Positions 1 through 8,946 of a stretch of 32,000 bases of DNA are shown in pieces. The stretch comes from an uncultured Alphaproteobacteria bacterium. Lineage in GTDB: Bacteria > Pseudomonadota > Alphaproteobacteria > Rs-D84 > CACZYB01. Every line of letters begins with the position of its first letter. Within the stretch, counting starts at the first letter, position 1. A model generated the notes under the pieces. It did not search any database. It was not told where the DNA came from and worked only from the letters and a program-made list of their open reading frames with translations. The position numbers and the translations under genes were made by a program. Where the stretch lies: positions 28,141 through 60,140 of the forward strand of contig CAKQHZ010000004.1 of the NCBI GenBank assembly GCA_934246625.1, written 5' to 3'.

Positions 1-904
1 TGCTGATGAAAAGCCTTTGGATATAGTAAAGCGTGCTTTGAAGGTGGCTAATGCTTCGAATTATGATGTGCTTTTTATTGATACCGCTGGTCGTGTTAGT
101 ATCGATGACGATATGATGAAGGAAATTGTCGAAATTAAAAAACTTTCTTTGCCTGATGAAATATTGCTTTGTGTAGATAGTCTTATGGGGCAAGATGGTG
201 TTAATGTTGCGACAGCATTTAATGATGCGATTGGTTTAACAGGTATTGTTATGACTCGTGTTGATGGTGATGCTCGTGGTGGTTCCGCAATTTCAATGCA
301 CTATATTACTGGTGTGCCAATAAAGTTTTTGGGTAGTGGTGAAAAGCCAGAAGATTTGGAATTGTTTTTCCCAGACAGAATTGCAAGTCGAATACTTGGT
401 ATGGGGGATATTGTTTCTTTGGTTGAACAAGCCCAAGCAAAGATTGATGAAAATGAAGCAAAGGCTTTGACCGAAAGAATGCTTAATGGTCAATTCAATT
501 TTAATGATATGCTTTCTCAATTTAGACAAGTGAAAAAACTTGGTTCTATTGGTGGAATTATGAAATTTTTACCTGGGATTGGTGGTTTGACTGAAAAACT
601 TCAAATGGCAGGTATAAATGATAATATGATGAAACGACAAGAAGCTATTATTCTTTCAATGACAAAAAAAGAGCGTTTGAATCCAGATATTTTGCTTATG
701 GGAAGAAAAAAACGTATTGCAAAAGGTGCAGGAGTTAGTTTGTCAGATGTTGAAAAACTTATTCGACAATATCAAAAAACAAAGCAAATGATGGACCAAA
801 TGCACAAAATGGGTGGACTTAAAGGTTTGATGCAAATGGCAAAGTCAATGCAAGAAAGTGGTGATTTTGCAAATATGCTAGATTTGTCAGGATTGAAATT
901 TTAA
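1..904 (+). CDS. ffh: Signal recognition particle protein Ffh (SRP54), 5'-truncated by the window edge
   Basis: The frame is open from nt 2; the ORF-track start at 17 is only an alternative TTG. SRP GTPase motifs 'FIDTAGR' and 'MTRVDGDARGG' are followed by a Met-rich M domain (QMMDQMHKMGGLKGLMQMAKSM). Confidence 0.95.
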   Translation, partial: ADEKPLDIVKRALKVANASNYDVLFIDTAGRVSIDDDMMKEIVEIKKLSLPDEILLCVDSLMGQDGVNVATAFNDAIGLTGIVMTRVDGDARGGSAISMHYITGVPIKFLGSGEKPEDLELFFPDRIASRILGMGDIVSLVEQAQAKIDENEAKALTERMLNGQFNFNDMLSQFRQVKKLGSIGGIMKFLPGIGGLTEKLQMAGINDNMMKRQEAIILSMTKKERLNPDILLMGRKKRIAKGAGVSLSDVEKLIRQYQKTKQMMDQMHKMGGLKGLMQMAKSMQESGDFANMLDLSGLKF

Positions 905-921
905 TTTTTGATATTTTTATC

Positions 922-949
922 TTGAAAAATTTATTTTTTAAGTTATAAT
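922..949 (+). promoter_or_regulatory. Sigma70-like promoter for tRNA-Leu
   Basis: TTGAAA (922-927), a 16-nt spacer, then TATAAT (944-949), about 27 nt upstream of the tRNA 5' end. Confidence 0.45.
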
Positions 950-975
950 TCTTTTTGTTTTATGAAACTACCTAT

Positions 976-1066
976 GCAGATGTGGCGGAACAGGTAGACG
1001 CAAGGGACTTAAAATCCCTCGGGTATTTAAACACCCGTGCTGGTTCGATTCCAGTCATCTGCACCA
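976..1066 (+). tRNA. tRNA-Leu (anticodon TAA), long variable arm, CCA encoded
   Basis: Manual cloverleaf. Acceptor GCAGATG/CATCTGC; anticodon stem AGGGA/TCCCT with loop CTTAAAA; variable-arm stem CGGGT/ACCCG; T arm GCTGG-TTCGATT-CCAGT; 3' ACCA. Confidence 0.88.
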
Positions 1067-1089
1067 TTTTTTTATGTAGGGGACAATCA

Positions 1090-2076
1090 GTGAAAAAGAT
1101 ATTTGTTTTTATAACCGTTTGTTTTATGCAAATGTTTCTTTTTGCAAATGTTTCTTTTGCCTCTTCTAATTTACAAAATCTTTTTATTGTTAAGGGAATT
1201 GAGGTTTCTCAAACTTCTTATTCTTCAAGTGAAGCTAAGAAAAAGGCTTTAAATGTTGCTCGTGATGAGGCTTTTCGTGTCGTGCTTAACAGACTTTTGA
1301 TTTCTTCTGATGTTGCAAATGTTGTTTTCCCAGATGATTACAATGTGGAAAAGTTTATTCAGACTGTGAAACTTAATAATGAAAAAATGACATCAACTTC
1401 TTATAGTGCAGTTGTTGATGTGCAAATCAATAAAAATTTGATGCTTGATTATCTTAAAAATCAAGGGTTGAAGGTGTTGGAAGATGTGCCTCCATCTACA
1501 CTTGTGATTTTTAAAAATGGTGATGTTTTGAATTTTGAAAATGCAAATTATGGCAACAGCAATGTTGTAAAATTTTATACCTATAATATGCAAAGTTTAA
1601 GTTGGTTTGATTTGGATAACTCTGATATTAGTGCATATAAATCTTTGCTTAATACTTACAATGCTACTAATGTTATGATTGTTGATGTTGTGGATATGGG
1701 ACAGGGTATTTATAAGATTAGTTTTAAAGATAAACTTTTGGGTATTGAAAGCGAATTTGAAACAAATTCTGATAATGCAATATCTGATTTCGTGGTGCAT
1801 ATAAATGATGCTTATAAGTTATCAACGAATGAAGGTGATTTTGGTAAATCCGTTTCTATGTTGGTTCCTATAATGGGGCTTTCTGATTGGATACAGCTTG
1901 AAAAAACTATTTCAAAAGTGCCATCAATAAAATCTTTTGAAGTGCAGGCTTTGAAATATAATAAGGTTCAATTAAAGTTAAAATACAATTATGACCTTAA
2001 TTCAGTTATTAACGATTTGCGTGTGGCTGGATTGGACGTGCAAAATAAAAATACTTATTTGATTGTGAAACGTTAA
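1090..2076 (+). CDS. Secreted protein of unknown function (possibly DUF2066-like)
   Basis: ORF 955-2076 overlaps the tRNA at its 5' end. An in-frame GTG at 1090 gives the signal peptide VKKIFVFITVCFMQMFLFANVSFA|SS. Its stop overlaps the hda start (TAATG at 2074-2078). The DUF2066 assignment rests only on remembered N-terminal pattern and synteny with hda. Confidence 0.6.
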   Translation: MKKIFVFITVCFMQMFLFANVSFASSNLQNLFIVKGIEVSQTSYSSSEAKKKALNVARDEAFRVVLNRLLISSDVANVVFPDDYNVEKFIQTVKLNNEKMTSTSYSAVVDVQINKNLMLDYLKNQGLKVLEDVPPSTLVIFKNGDVLNFENANYGNSNVVKFYTYNMQSLSWFDLDNSDISAYKSLLNTYNATNVMIVDVVDMGQGIYKISFKDKLLGIESEFETNSDNAISDFVVHINDAYKLSTNEGDFGKSVSMLVPIMGLSDWIQLEKTISKVPSIKSFEVQALKYNKVQLKLKYNYDLNSVINDLRVAGLDVQNKNTYLIVKR

Positions 2077-2750
2077 TGTATCAATTACCTTTGCTTTTGG
2101 AACATAGAAGATTATTGGGTCGTGAAGATTTCCTTGTGTCTCCTTGTAATATTGAAGTCATAGAATGGATTGATATTTATCCTGATTGGTATGGTAATAA
2201 TGGTATTGTTGTTTTGGGAGATAAGTGTTCTGGAAAAACTCATCTTTCTTGGCTTTTTAGTGAAAAAAGTGGTGCGAAAGTTTATCGAATTTCTGAAATC
2301 AAAGATGAAATTTTCTCTGATATAGTGCCGATTGAATCTGCTTTGGTTATTGATGATATTGATAAGGCTGTTGGTGATTATGAGATGGAGGAAAATTTGT
2401 TCCATATTATAAATTATGCAATAGAATGCAATACAAAAATGTTTTTTACGACATCAAAACCTCTTGTGAATTTAGATTTTAAAATTGTTGATTTAAAGAC
2501 TAGGTTGCTTTCTTTTCCTGTGGCAAATATTTATGTTCCTGATGATGATTTGTTAAAGGCTTTGCTTGTAAAACAATTTATGGAGCGTGGTATAATTGTT
2601 GCTCCTGATGTGATTGAATTTATTGTAAAGCATATTGAACGCAATCCATCTTCTGTAAAGGAATTGGTTGAAAGGGCGGATTTGTTATCTTTTGAAGAAA
2701 AAAAACGAATTACTATTCCATTTGTTAAAAAGATAATTGAGGAAATGTAG
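2076..2750 (+). CDS. hda: DnaA-related regulatory inactivator (Hda/HdaA family AAA+ protein)
   Basis: About 224 aa, with Walker A-like 'GDKCSGKTHL', Walker B 'LVIDDID', and a C-terminal helical part typical of the short DnaA paralogue. Confidence 0.8.
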   Translation: MYQLPLLLEHRRLLGREDFLVSPCNIEVIEWIDIYPDWYGNNGIVVLGDKCSGKTHLSWLFSEKSGAKVYRISEIKDEIFSDIVPIESALVIDDIDKAVGDYEMEENLFHIINYAIECNTKMFFTTSKPLVNLDFKIVDLKTRLLSFPVANIYVPDDDLLKALLVKQFMERGIIVAPDVIEFIVKHIERNPSSVKELVERADLLSFEEKKRITIPFVKKIIEEM

Positions 2751-2752
2751 TA

Positions 2753-3358
2753 TTATATTTCCTTTATTTTTTGTTTGATTTTTTCGATTGTTAATGTGCC
2801 CTGTCTTAAAACTTCTATTTGATTATCAATTACTTTTATTATTGTTGATGGGGTGCCTGAAAGTAATTCGTTGCTTTGAAGTATAGTTATTTGAGGAAAG
2901 ATTTTATTTGCCATTTCGTCTGTGGTGCAGGCTGGTTCGCCTGATTTATTACAGCTTGTGGAAATAAGTGGGGTATTGATTTCCCTTAGTATAGTTTGAA
3001 GAGTTTTATTTTTTGGAATACGCACACCAATTTCATTATTTTTTATTGTGTATGGTGAAAGGTGTGTGTTTGGTTTGACCTTTACAATTAAGGTTAGTTC
3101 GTTAAAATTTTCCAAAAGCAAACTTTCAAGATTTGATATGTGTGCAATCTTTTTTATTTCTGTTATGCTTGGAAGGTTTAAAAGCAAAGTTTTTGTTTTC
3201 TCTCTGTCTTTTAATTTGTAAATTTCCTCTATTGCATTTGTGTTTGTTGCATCGCAACCTATGCCAAAAACGGTATCAGTTGGAAATATTACAACATCTC
3301 CGTTTAAAATTTTTTTAATAAATAGGTTTATGTTTTCTTTGTTATTTTCAAGTATCAT
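2753..3358 (-). CDS. tsaC: L-threonylcarbamoyladenylate synthase (YrdC/Sua5/TsaC family)
   Basis: YrdC-domain signature 'FPTDTVFGIGCDATN', 'GVRIP', 'STSCNKSGEP'; length of about 200 aa. Confidence 0.85.
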   Translation of the reverse strand: MILENNKENINLFIKKILNGDVVIFPTDTVFGIGCDATNTNAIEEIYKLKDREKTKTLLLNLPSITEIKKIAHISNLESLLLENFNELTLIVKVKPNTHLSPYTIKNNEIGVRIPKNKTLQTILREINTPLISTSCNKSGEPACTTDEMANKIFPQITILQSNELLSGTPSTIIKVIDNQIEVLRQGTLTIEKIKQKIKEI

Positions 3359-3394
3359 AAATTCAACCTTGATTAGTTTGTTATTTTCAAGTAT
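3338..3394. repeat. Perfect 18-bp direct repeat (TTTGTTATTTTCAAGTAT) at 3338-3355 and 3377-3394
   Basis: Read directly. Copy 1 is codons 2-7 of tsaC (minus strand). Copy 2 lies in the tsaC/glycosyltransferase intergenic region and lacks the ATG. Confidence 0.9.
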
Positions 3395-3436
3395 TATTAT
3401 ATACAGATTTTTAACAAATACAAATGGTTTGATATA

Positions 3437-4498
3437 ATGAAGATTTTACATTTTATTGATAGTTCTTATTTCGCTTTTCATAAAAAAACTATTTCCGAGC
3501 TTATTTTATCGCTTAATAAGAATGATGTTAAGCAAGAGGTAATTACTTCATTTGGTGCAGATTTGGGGTGGCTTTCTTCTGTGGTGCCAATTAAATATTG
3601 GAAGGTTGGAAAAAATGGAAAAGTCAATACATTTAGAAATAAGTTTAATATGTGGTTGGAAGTTTCAAGATTTTTACCAGATATTATTGTAAAGTGGGGA
3701 AGGGATGCAAGAGTTCTTGCTCCGTCTGGAAATTATGTTCAAATTTCATTTTTGAATGAATGTGAAAGTTTGAAACATTTTGATAAGTCTGATTATATAA
3801 TGACGAATTTGGAAAGTGTTCTTGATTATGCAAAGGAAAATGGATTTAGTGGGGCAAAGTCATTTTATGTGCCATCTTTTGTTCAGGAATATGATGAAAC
3901 GAAACCTTTGGATAAGCGTGATTTTTATATTCCAGAAAAGTCAAGGATTATTTATATAGCTGGGAGCTTTATCAAAAATATTGGCTATGAAACTTTGTTT
4001 GAAGTTGCCTCTTCTATACAAGATACTTATTTCTTTATTGCGGGAAGTGGTAAAGATGAGGAGTATATAAAGGAGTGTGCGTCTAGGGTTAATATGAAAG
4101 CAAGGTCAAGATTTATTCCAGAGATAGAGCGAAGTTTTTCTGCTCTTGCTTTGTCTGATTTTGCAATACTTACTTTTGATGATGTGGAGCTTCAAAAAAA
4201 TATTTTGGAAGCGTGGCTTTCAAAAAAATTGGTGTTGACTTTGAAAAATGAAATTTCAGCTGAATTTATTCGTGATGGTGAAAATGGCTTTGTTGTGCCA
4301 AAAAATGATACCTATTTATTACGAAAAAAACTTAAGGATATTATGAATATGTCGGATTCTGAAAAGCAACGTATAATTGATAATGCTTTTGAATCTGCTC
4401 AGGATTTAGTCAGTTCAAAGGTTATTAAAAATTATATCAAAGTTTTTGAAGAATTGATTTCAAAGTATAATTCAAGAAAAAATCTTTTTAACAGTTAG
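3437..4498 (+). CDS. Glycosyltransferase, GT-B fold (family 1/4-like)
   Basis: 353 aa. The C-terminal half has the layout of GT4 enzymes (IAGSGKDEEY..., 'DGENGFVV'). No sharper motif was seen, so the function is generic. Confidence 0.5.
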   Translation: MKILHFIDSSYFAFHKKTISELILSLNKNDVKQEVITSFGADLGWLSSVVPIKYWKVGKNGKVNTFRNKFNMWLEVSRFLPDIIVKWGRDARVLAPSGNYVQISFLNECESLKHFDKSDYIMTNLESVLDYAKENGFSGAKSFYVPSFVQEYDETKPLDKRDFYIPEKSRIIYIAGSFIKNIGYETLFEVASSIQDTYFFIAGSGKDEEYIKECASRVNMKARSRFIPEIERSFSALALSDFAILTFDDVELQKNILEAWLSKKLVLTLKNEISAEFIRDGENGFVVPKNDTYLLRKKLKDIMNMSDSEKQRIIDNAFESAQDLVSSKVIKNYIKVFEELISKYNSRKNLFNS

Positions 4499-5128
4499 TT
4501 ATTTTGTTTCTTTTTCTTTCATATATTTGAATGCGATTGTCATATATTGTTTGCCGGTCCAAATTGTTAAAATGCTTGCAATTAAGAAAAGTCCAAGACC
4601 AACAACATATATATCAAGAAGGAATTTATCCCACCCTGAATTATAGTATTGATATTTAAAATTGTTTCCAAAAATCAAAAGTGAAATTGCAACTAATTGA
4701 GTTGCAGTTTTCCATTTTGCAAGTCTTGATACAGGCATTTTTATATGAAAATTGCCCAAGTATTCGCGAAGTCCAGAAACGAAAATTTCACGGCTTATAA
4801 TTACGGTTGCAATTATTGTTTCAAGATACCATACAAATTTTGTTTGAACAAGGACTATTAAAACTGCGGTTACAAGCAACTTATCTGCAATAGGGTCCAA
4901 AAATCTTCCAATTTCAGATGTTGTTTGTGTTTTTCGTGAAATGTAGCCATCAAGGTAATCTGTAATACTTGCGATAACGAAAAGTAGACAAGATATGTAG
5001 TTTGAATATATTATATTTTTGCTGTAAAGCATACAAAAAATAGCAGGAATTATTAAAATTCTGATGTATGTTAAGATATTTGGTAATGTCCACATAAGAT
5101 TTTTCTTTTTCATTTGCTTTGCTTTCAT
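4499..5128 (-). CDS. pgsA: CDP-diacylglycerol--glycerol-3-phosphate 3-phosphatidyltransferase
   Basis: CDP-alcohol phosphatidyltransferase motif 'DYLDGYISRKTQTTSEIGRFLDPIADK', N-terminal 'PNILTYIRI', about 200 aa and polytopic. The start could instead be an internal Met. Confidence 0.8.
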   Translation of the reverse strand: MKAKQMKKKNLMWTLPNILTYIRILIIPAIFCMLYSKNIIYSNYISCLLFVIASITDYLDGYISRKTQTTSEIGRFLDPIADKLLVTAVLIVLVQTKFVWYLETIIATVIISREIFVSGLREYLGNFHIKMPVSRLAKWKTATQLVAISLLIFGNNFKYQYYNSGWDKFLLDIYVVGLGLFLIASILTIWTGKQYMTIAFKYMKEKETK

Positions 5129-5201
5129 TTATATCCTTATTTTCCTAATGGGATAGCTACATCATAACATTAAAAAAAATAGTTTCAATAATATTTTTTT
5201 A

Positions 5202-7016
5202 TTAGTGAAAAAATTTAAATATTTTTTCGGCTAAGTTCTTGTTTATACCGTCAACTTTTAATAGTTCTTCTATATTCGCATTTATTATATTTTTAACACT
5301 TCCAAAGTAATTTAGTAATGCTTTTTTCTTTGCGGTGCCAATTCCATCTATATCATCAAGTTGGGAACGAAATGTGGATTTGTCGCGTTTTGCACGATGT
5401 GTTGTGATTGCAAATCGGTGTGCTTCGTCTCGAATCCTTTGAAGAAAAAATAGAATAGGGTTATTTTTTGCAAGGTTTATAGGTTCTTTGCCGATTTGGT
5501 AAAGTGTTTCTTCACCTGCATTTCTGTTTTCACCCTTTGCAATACCAACTATGGGTGTTGTAAGTTCAAGTCGTCTTAATACATGGTCGGCAATATCAAG
5601 TTGTCCCTTTCCTCCATCAACGATTATTAAGTCAGGAAGTGTGTCTTCGGCCTTTGCCCTTGTATATCGGCGAGTAAGAACTTCCTCCATCATTTTATAA
5701 TCATCGCCAAGTATGTCGCTTTTGATATTATATTTCCTATAGTTATCCTTTTGAAAGCCCTTTGGTCCGACAACTATCATTGCACCAATTTTATTTGTGC
5801 CGAATGTGTGGGAGTTATCAAAAACATCAACTCGTTTAGGAGATGTTTTAAGTTCAAAAAGTTGTTGTAAATCGTCCATATACTTTTTTTGATTTATTTC
5901 TGTTATAAATTTGTGTTCAAGGTGAGATTTTGCATTTCCCATAATGTTATCCACAATTTTTTTCTTTTCGCCCTTTTGTGGGGTTTCAATTTCAACCTTT
6001 TGTCCCTTTAGTTCGGAAAGAGTTTCTTCTAATTCAGGTTTTGTTTTTGAAATATCAATGTTTGTTAGGATAAGTTTTGGAATATCTCGGTCCGCATAAA
6101 ATTGTTCAATAAATGCGTTTAAAATTTCTTCGTCTGTGGCATTTTGAGTTTTTGTTGGAAAGTATGAAAAATTACCACATATAATTGAATTGCGAGAGAA
6201 AAAAACTTCTATTTCATAAACATTGTCGCGATTGACAATACAAATTATGTCAGTGTCGAAATCAAGACTTGAAAATGTGCTTTTCTTTAATATTTGATTA
6301 AGATAGCTTATTTTGTCGCGATAAATTATTGCATTTTCGTAATCTCGATTTTTGCTTGCTGTTTGCATTTTGATTGAAAATTCATCAATGATTTCTTTGT
6401 TTTCGCCCTTTAAAAATGAAATGGCTTTATCAACTTGGGCTCTGTATTCTGATGGTGTGATTTTAAGACAGCATGGACCAGAGCATTTTTTTATTTGGTA
6501 TAAAAGGCAAGGGGATTGTCGATTTTTGAAAAGTGTGTCTCGACAAGTGCGAAGTCCAAATATGGATTGGATTATTTTTATTCCTTCGTTCACGGCAAGA
6601 CTTGATGGAAATGGTCCAAAAAAGTGAAATGATGAGTTTTTATCACCACGAAATTTTCCAAGACGTGCAAATTCTTCTTTGGATATAGTCAAATATGGAT
6701 AGCTTTTGTCGTCCTTTAGCAAAATATTATATTTTGGATTAAGTTTTTTGATTAAATCTTGTTCAACAATAAGAGCTTCGTTTTCCGTATTGGTTTGGAT
6801 TATTTCCATATGTCGAGTTTCGTATATCATTTTTTTGATACGTTCAGAAAGTCCATCAAGGTCGGTGTAATTCTTTATTCGCTTGAATAAATTCTTTGCT
6901 TTTCCGACATAAAGGACATTTCCGTTTTCATCAAACATACGATAAACACCTGGGGTTTTCGGGGTTGTTTGGTGAAATTTTCTTATTGTTTCAAGTCCTG
7001 TTATCTCTTTAGTCAT
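5202..7016 (-). CDS. uvrC: Excinuclease ABC subunit C
   Basis: 604 aa. N-terminal GIY-YIG ('GVYRMFDENGNVLYVGKAKNLFKRIKNY'), Cys cluster 'SPCLLYQIKKCSGPC', a UvrBC domain, an RNase H-like endonuclease domain, and C-terminal HhH2 ('IDGIGTAKKKALL'). Confidence 0.95.
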   Translation of the reverse strand: MTKEITGLETIRKFHQTTPKTPGVYRMFDENGNVLYVGKAKNLFKRIKNYTDLDGLSERIKKMIYETRHMEIIQTNTENEALIVEQDLIKKLNPKYNILLKDDKSYPYLTISKEEFARLGKFRGDKNSSFHFFGPFPSSLAVNEGIKIIQSIFGLRTCRDTLFKNRQSPCLLYQIKKCSGPCCLKITPSEYRAQVDKAISFLKGENKEIIDEFSIKMQTASKNRDYENAIIYRDKISYLNQILKKSTFSSLDFDTDIICIVNRDNVYEIEVFFSRNSIICGNFSYFPTKTQNATDEEILNAFIEQFYADRDIPKLILTNIDISKTKPELEETLSELKGQKVEIETPQKGEKKKIVDNIMGNAKSHLEHKFITEINQKKYMDDLQQLFELKTSPKRVDVFDNSHTFGTNKIGAMIVVGPKGFQKDNYRKYNIKSDILGDDYKMMEEVLTRRYTRAKAEDTLPDLIIVDGGKGQLDIADHVLRRLELTTPIVGIAKGENRNAGEETLYQIGKEPINLAKNNPILFFLQRIRDEAHRFAITTHRAKRDKSTFRSQLDDIDGIGTAKKKALLNYFGSVKNIINANIEELLKVDGINKNLAEKIFKFFH

Positions 7017-7127
7017 CTTTTTTTTAAAAATTGCTTTTTTTATTTATAAATTTGTGATATACTGTGTTTAGTTTCTATCTATTATATAGTTATAACAAAA
7101 ATTTTTATAAAATAAAGGAGAATAAAT

Positions 7128-7610
7128 ATGTTAATTAGAAAAAATGATGCTGGCCGTTCTATCGTGGAAATGTTAGGTGTGCTTGCAATTATGGGTGTTA
7201 TTACCGTTATGGGTATTTCTGGATATTCCCAAGCAGTTGGAAAAATTAATAGAAATACAGTTGTTGAAGATGTGACTAGAATTGTTCAAGAAGTTCGTGG
7301 ACTTTATGCTGGAAAATCAAATGGTTATGATACTGTTCCAAACAGCAGTGATGATAGTGATGATGATGTTTTGGTAAAAATTGGTTTCAGAAAGAAGGGT
7401 GATACTCATCCATTTGGTGGTGTTTATTATGTTTCTCAAGGTAGTGAAGGTGTTGGTTATAAAACATCTTTTGTTGTTAATATTACAGGTTTGGAAGATT
7501 CAGATTGTTATTATTTTGCAAACTATGGTTGGCAAGGTGCAGTGCTTGATGATGATGGTAATCCAAAATCAACATGTACTGATGGAAAAGTTACTATTGA
7601 ATTTAACTAA
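7128..7610 (+). CDS. Pilin-like protein with a prepilin-type N-terminal domain (atypical +1 residue)
   Basis: Leader MLIRKNDAG followed by 'RSIVEMLGVLAIMGVITVMGI', with Glu at +5 and a hydrophobic helix as in type IV pilins/pseudopilins. C-terminal Cys residues (DSDC...STC). Strong SD AAGGAG at 7115-7120 and its own terminator. Confidence 0.7.
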   Translation: MLIRKNDAGRSIVEMLGVLAIMGVITVMGISGYSQAVGKINRNTVVEDVTRIVQEVRGLYAGKSNGYDTVPNSSDDSDDDVLVKIGFRKKGDTHPFGGVYYVSQGSEGVGYKTSFVVNITGLEDSDCYYFANYGWQGAVLDDDGNPKSTCTDGKVTIEFN

Positions 7611-7631
7611 ACTTATTTATAGTAAAATAAA

Positions 7632-7664
7632 ATCCCCCTTGAAAAATCTTGGGGGATATTTTTT
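7632..7664. terminator. Bidirectional rho-independent terminator (pilin-like gene / ABC permease)
   Basis: Stem ATCCCCC/GGGGGAT with a 12-nt loop, flanked by A-rich sequence (5') and a T-run (3'). It lies between convergent genes. Confidence 0.7.
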
Positions 7665-7686
7665 ATCTTTATATTTTCTTTATCTC

Positions 7687-8946
7687 TTATTGATACCTTA
7701 GAGCTTCGATTGGGTCGAGTTTTGTTGCCTTGATTGCTGGGAAAAGTCCAGATGCAATTCCAACAATTACTGCAACAGAAAAACTTATTATTATAGTAAG
7801 TAATGATATTGGAACGTTTTTATTTAAAATGGCTCCTGCTATTTGTGAAAGAGTTATGCCTAAAACCATTCCTGCCATACTTCCAATAAATGATATTAGT
7901 ATTGATTCAAGTAAAAATTGTCCCATAATAGAGTTGTTTTTGGCTCCTATTGCCTTTCGAATACCGATTTCACGGGTGCGTTCGGTTACGGAAACAAGCA
8001 TCATATTCATAATACCAATACTTCCGACAATTAAAGATATTGATGCAATGGAAGCAAGAAGTATTGAAAGATATGTTCCAACGGAACGAACGGTTTCTTG
8101 CATTTCAGTCATATCGTCAAGACGGAAATCATTGTCGGCAGTTGGCTTTAATCTTCTTGATTCACGAAGTGCATTTTGGATTAGCTTTTTGGTTTTGTCT
8201 ATATTCTTTTCATTATCAACTTGGGCCATAATATAACTTACTCGGTTTGGGATATTTGTTCCTTTTATCCTTCGACGATAGGTTGTTATTGGCATAAGGA
8301 CGGTGTCATCTTGGTCCATACCTCCCATTCCTTGACCCTTTGACTTTAAAATGCCCTTTATAATAAATGGGACATTTTTTATTCGCATAGTTTGACCTAA
8401 GGGATTTTCGTTGTGGAATAGTTCCTTTTGTATTGTTTTACCAATTACAACGTATGATGATGCGGATTTTACATCTCGGTCAGTGAACATTGAACCCTTT
8501 TCAATTTCCCAATTTCCAGTTGAAAGATAGTCTGGAGTTGTGGCAACGATAGACCCTGCATAGTTTTCATTTCCATAAACAAGTTGTGCAGCCCCATTTA
8601 TCATAGGAGAGACCGCAATAATATGTTTTATTTTTTTTACAACATCGGCATCATTGGTTTTTACAACGGTTTGACCAGAACCCTTTACTCCACTTGTCGC
8701 AACAAATTCTGGGCGGATTATTAAAAGATTGCTTCCCATACCTTCCAAACTTTCGTTAATCATATTTTGAACAGTTTGACCTGCGGCAACCATTATTACC
8801 ACAGCACAAACACCAATAATAATACCAAGTGTTGTTAAAAAAGAGCGAAGTTTGTTTGCCTTGATTGAAATCCAAGATTCACGGAATACCGCCTCTATCA
8901 TATGGATTTTTTTATCATCAGTTGTCTTTATTAAATTACATGTCAT
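7687..8946 (-). CDS. MacB-type ABC transporter permease (MacB periplasmic domain + FtsX)
   Basis: N-terminal 'ANKLRSFLTTLGIIIGVCAVV', a large periplasmic loop, and C-terminal FtsX motif 'ERTREIGIRKAIGA'. The start overlaps the ATPase stop by 1 nt. Confidence 0.85.
   Translation of the reverse strand: MTCNLIKTTDDKKIHMIEAVFRESWISIKANKLRSFLTTLGIIIGVCAVVIMVAAGQTVQNMINESLEGMGSNLLIIRPEFVATSGVKGSGQTVVKTNDADVVKKIKHIIAVSPMINGAAQLVYGNENYAGSIVATTPDYLSTGNWEIEKGSMFTDRDVKSASSYVVIGKTIQKELFHNENPLGQTMRIKNVPFIIKGILKSKGQGMGGMDQDDTVLMPITTYRRRIKGTNIPNRVSYIMAQVDNEKNIDKTKKLIQNALRESRRLKPTADNDFRLDDMTEMQETVRSVGTYLSILLASIASISLIVGSIGIMNMMLVSVTERTREIGIRKAIGAKNNSIMGQFLLESILISFIGSMAGMVLGITLSQIAGAILNKNVPISLLTIIISFSVAVIVGIASGLFPAIKATKLDPIEALRYQ

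Noticed and set aside
955-1089. N-terminal 45 codons of ORF 955-2076 (MFYETTYADVAEQVDARDLKSLGYLNTRAGSIPVICT...)
   Set aside because: This stretch is the tRNA-Leu gene read as protein. An in-frame GTG at 1090 gives a clean signal peptide, so the CDS was shortened.
7381-7701. 106-aa alternative-frame ORF overlapping the pilin-like gene and running through its terminator
   Set aside because: It is out of frame with a motif-supported CDS, crosses a strong hairpin terminator and has no SD.
7730-8236. 168-aa ORF antisense to the MacB-type permease (also 8040-8231 and 9028-9222)
   Set aside because: It is a shadow ORF fully inside a well-supported gene on the other strand, with low-complexity, hydrophobic, mirror-like composition and no SD or motif.
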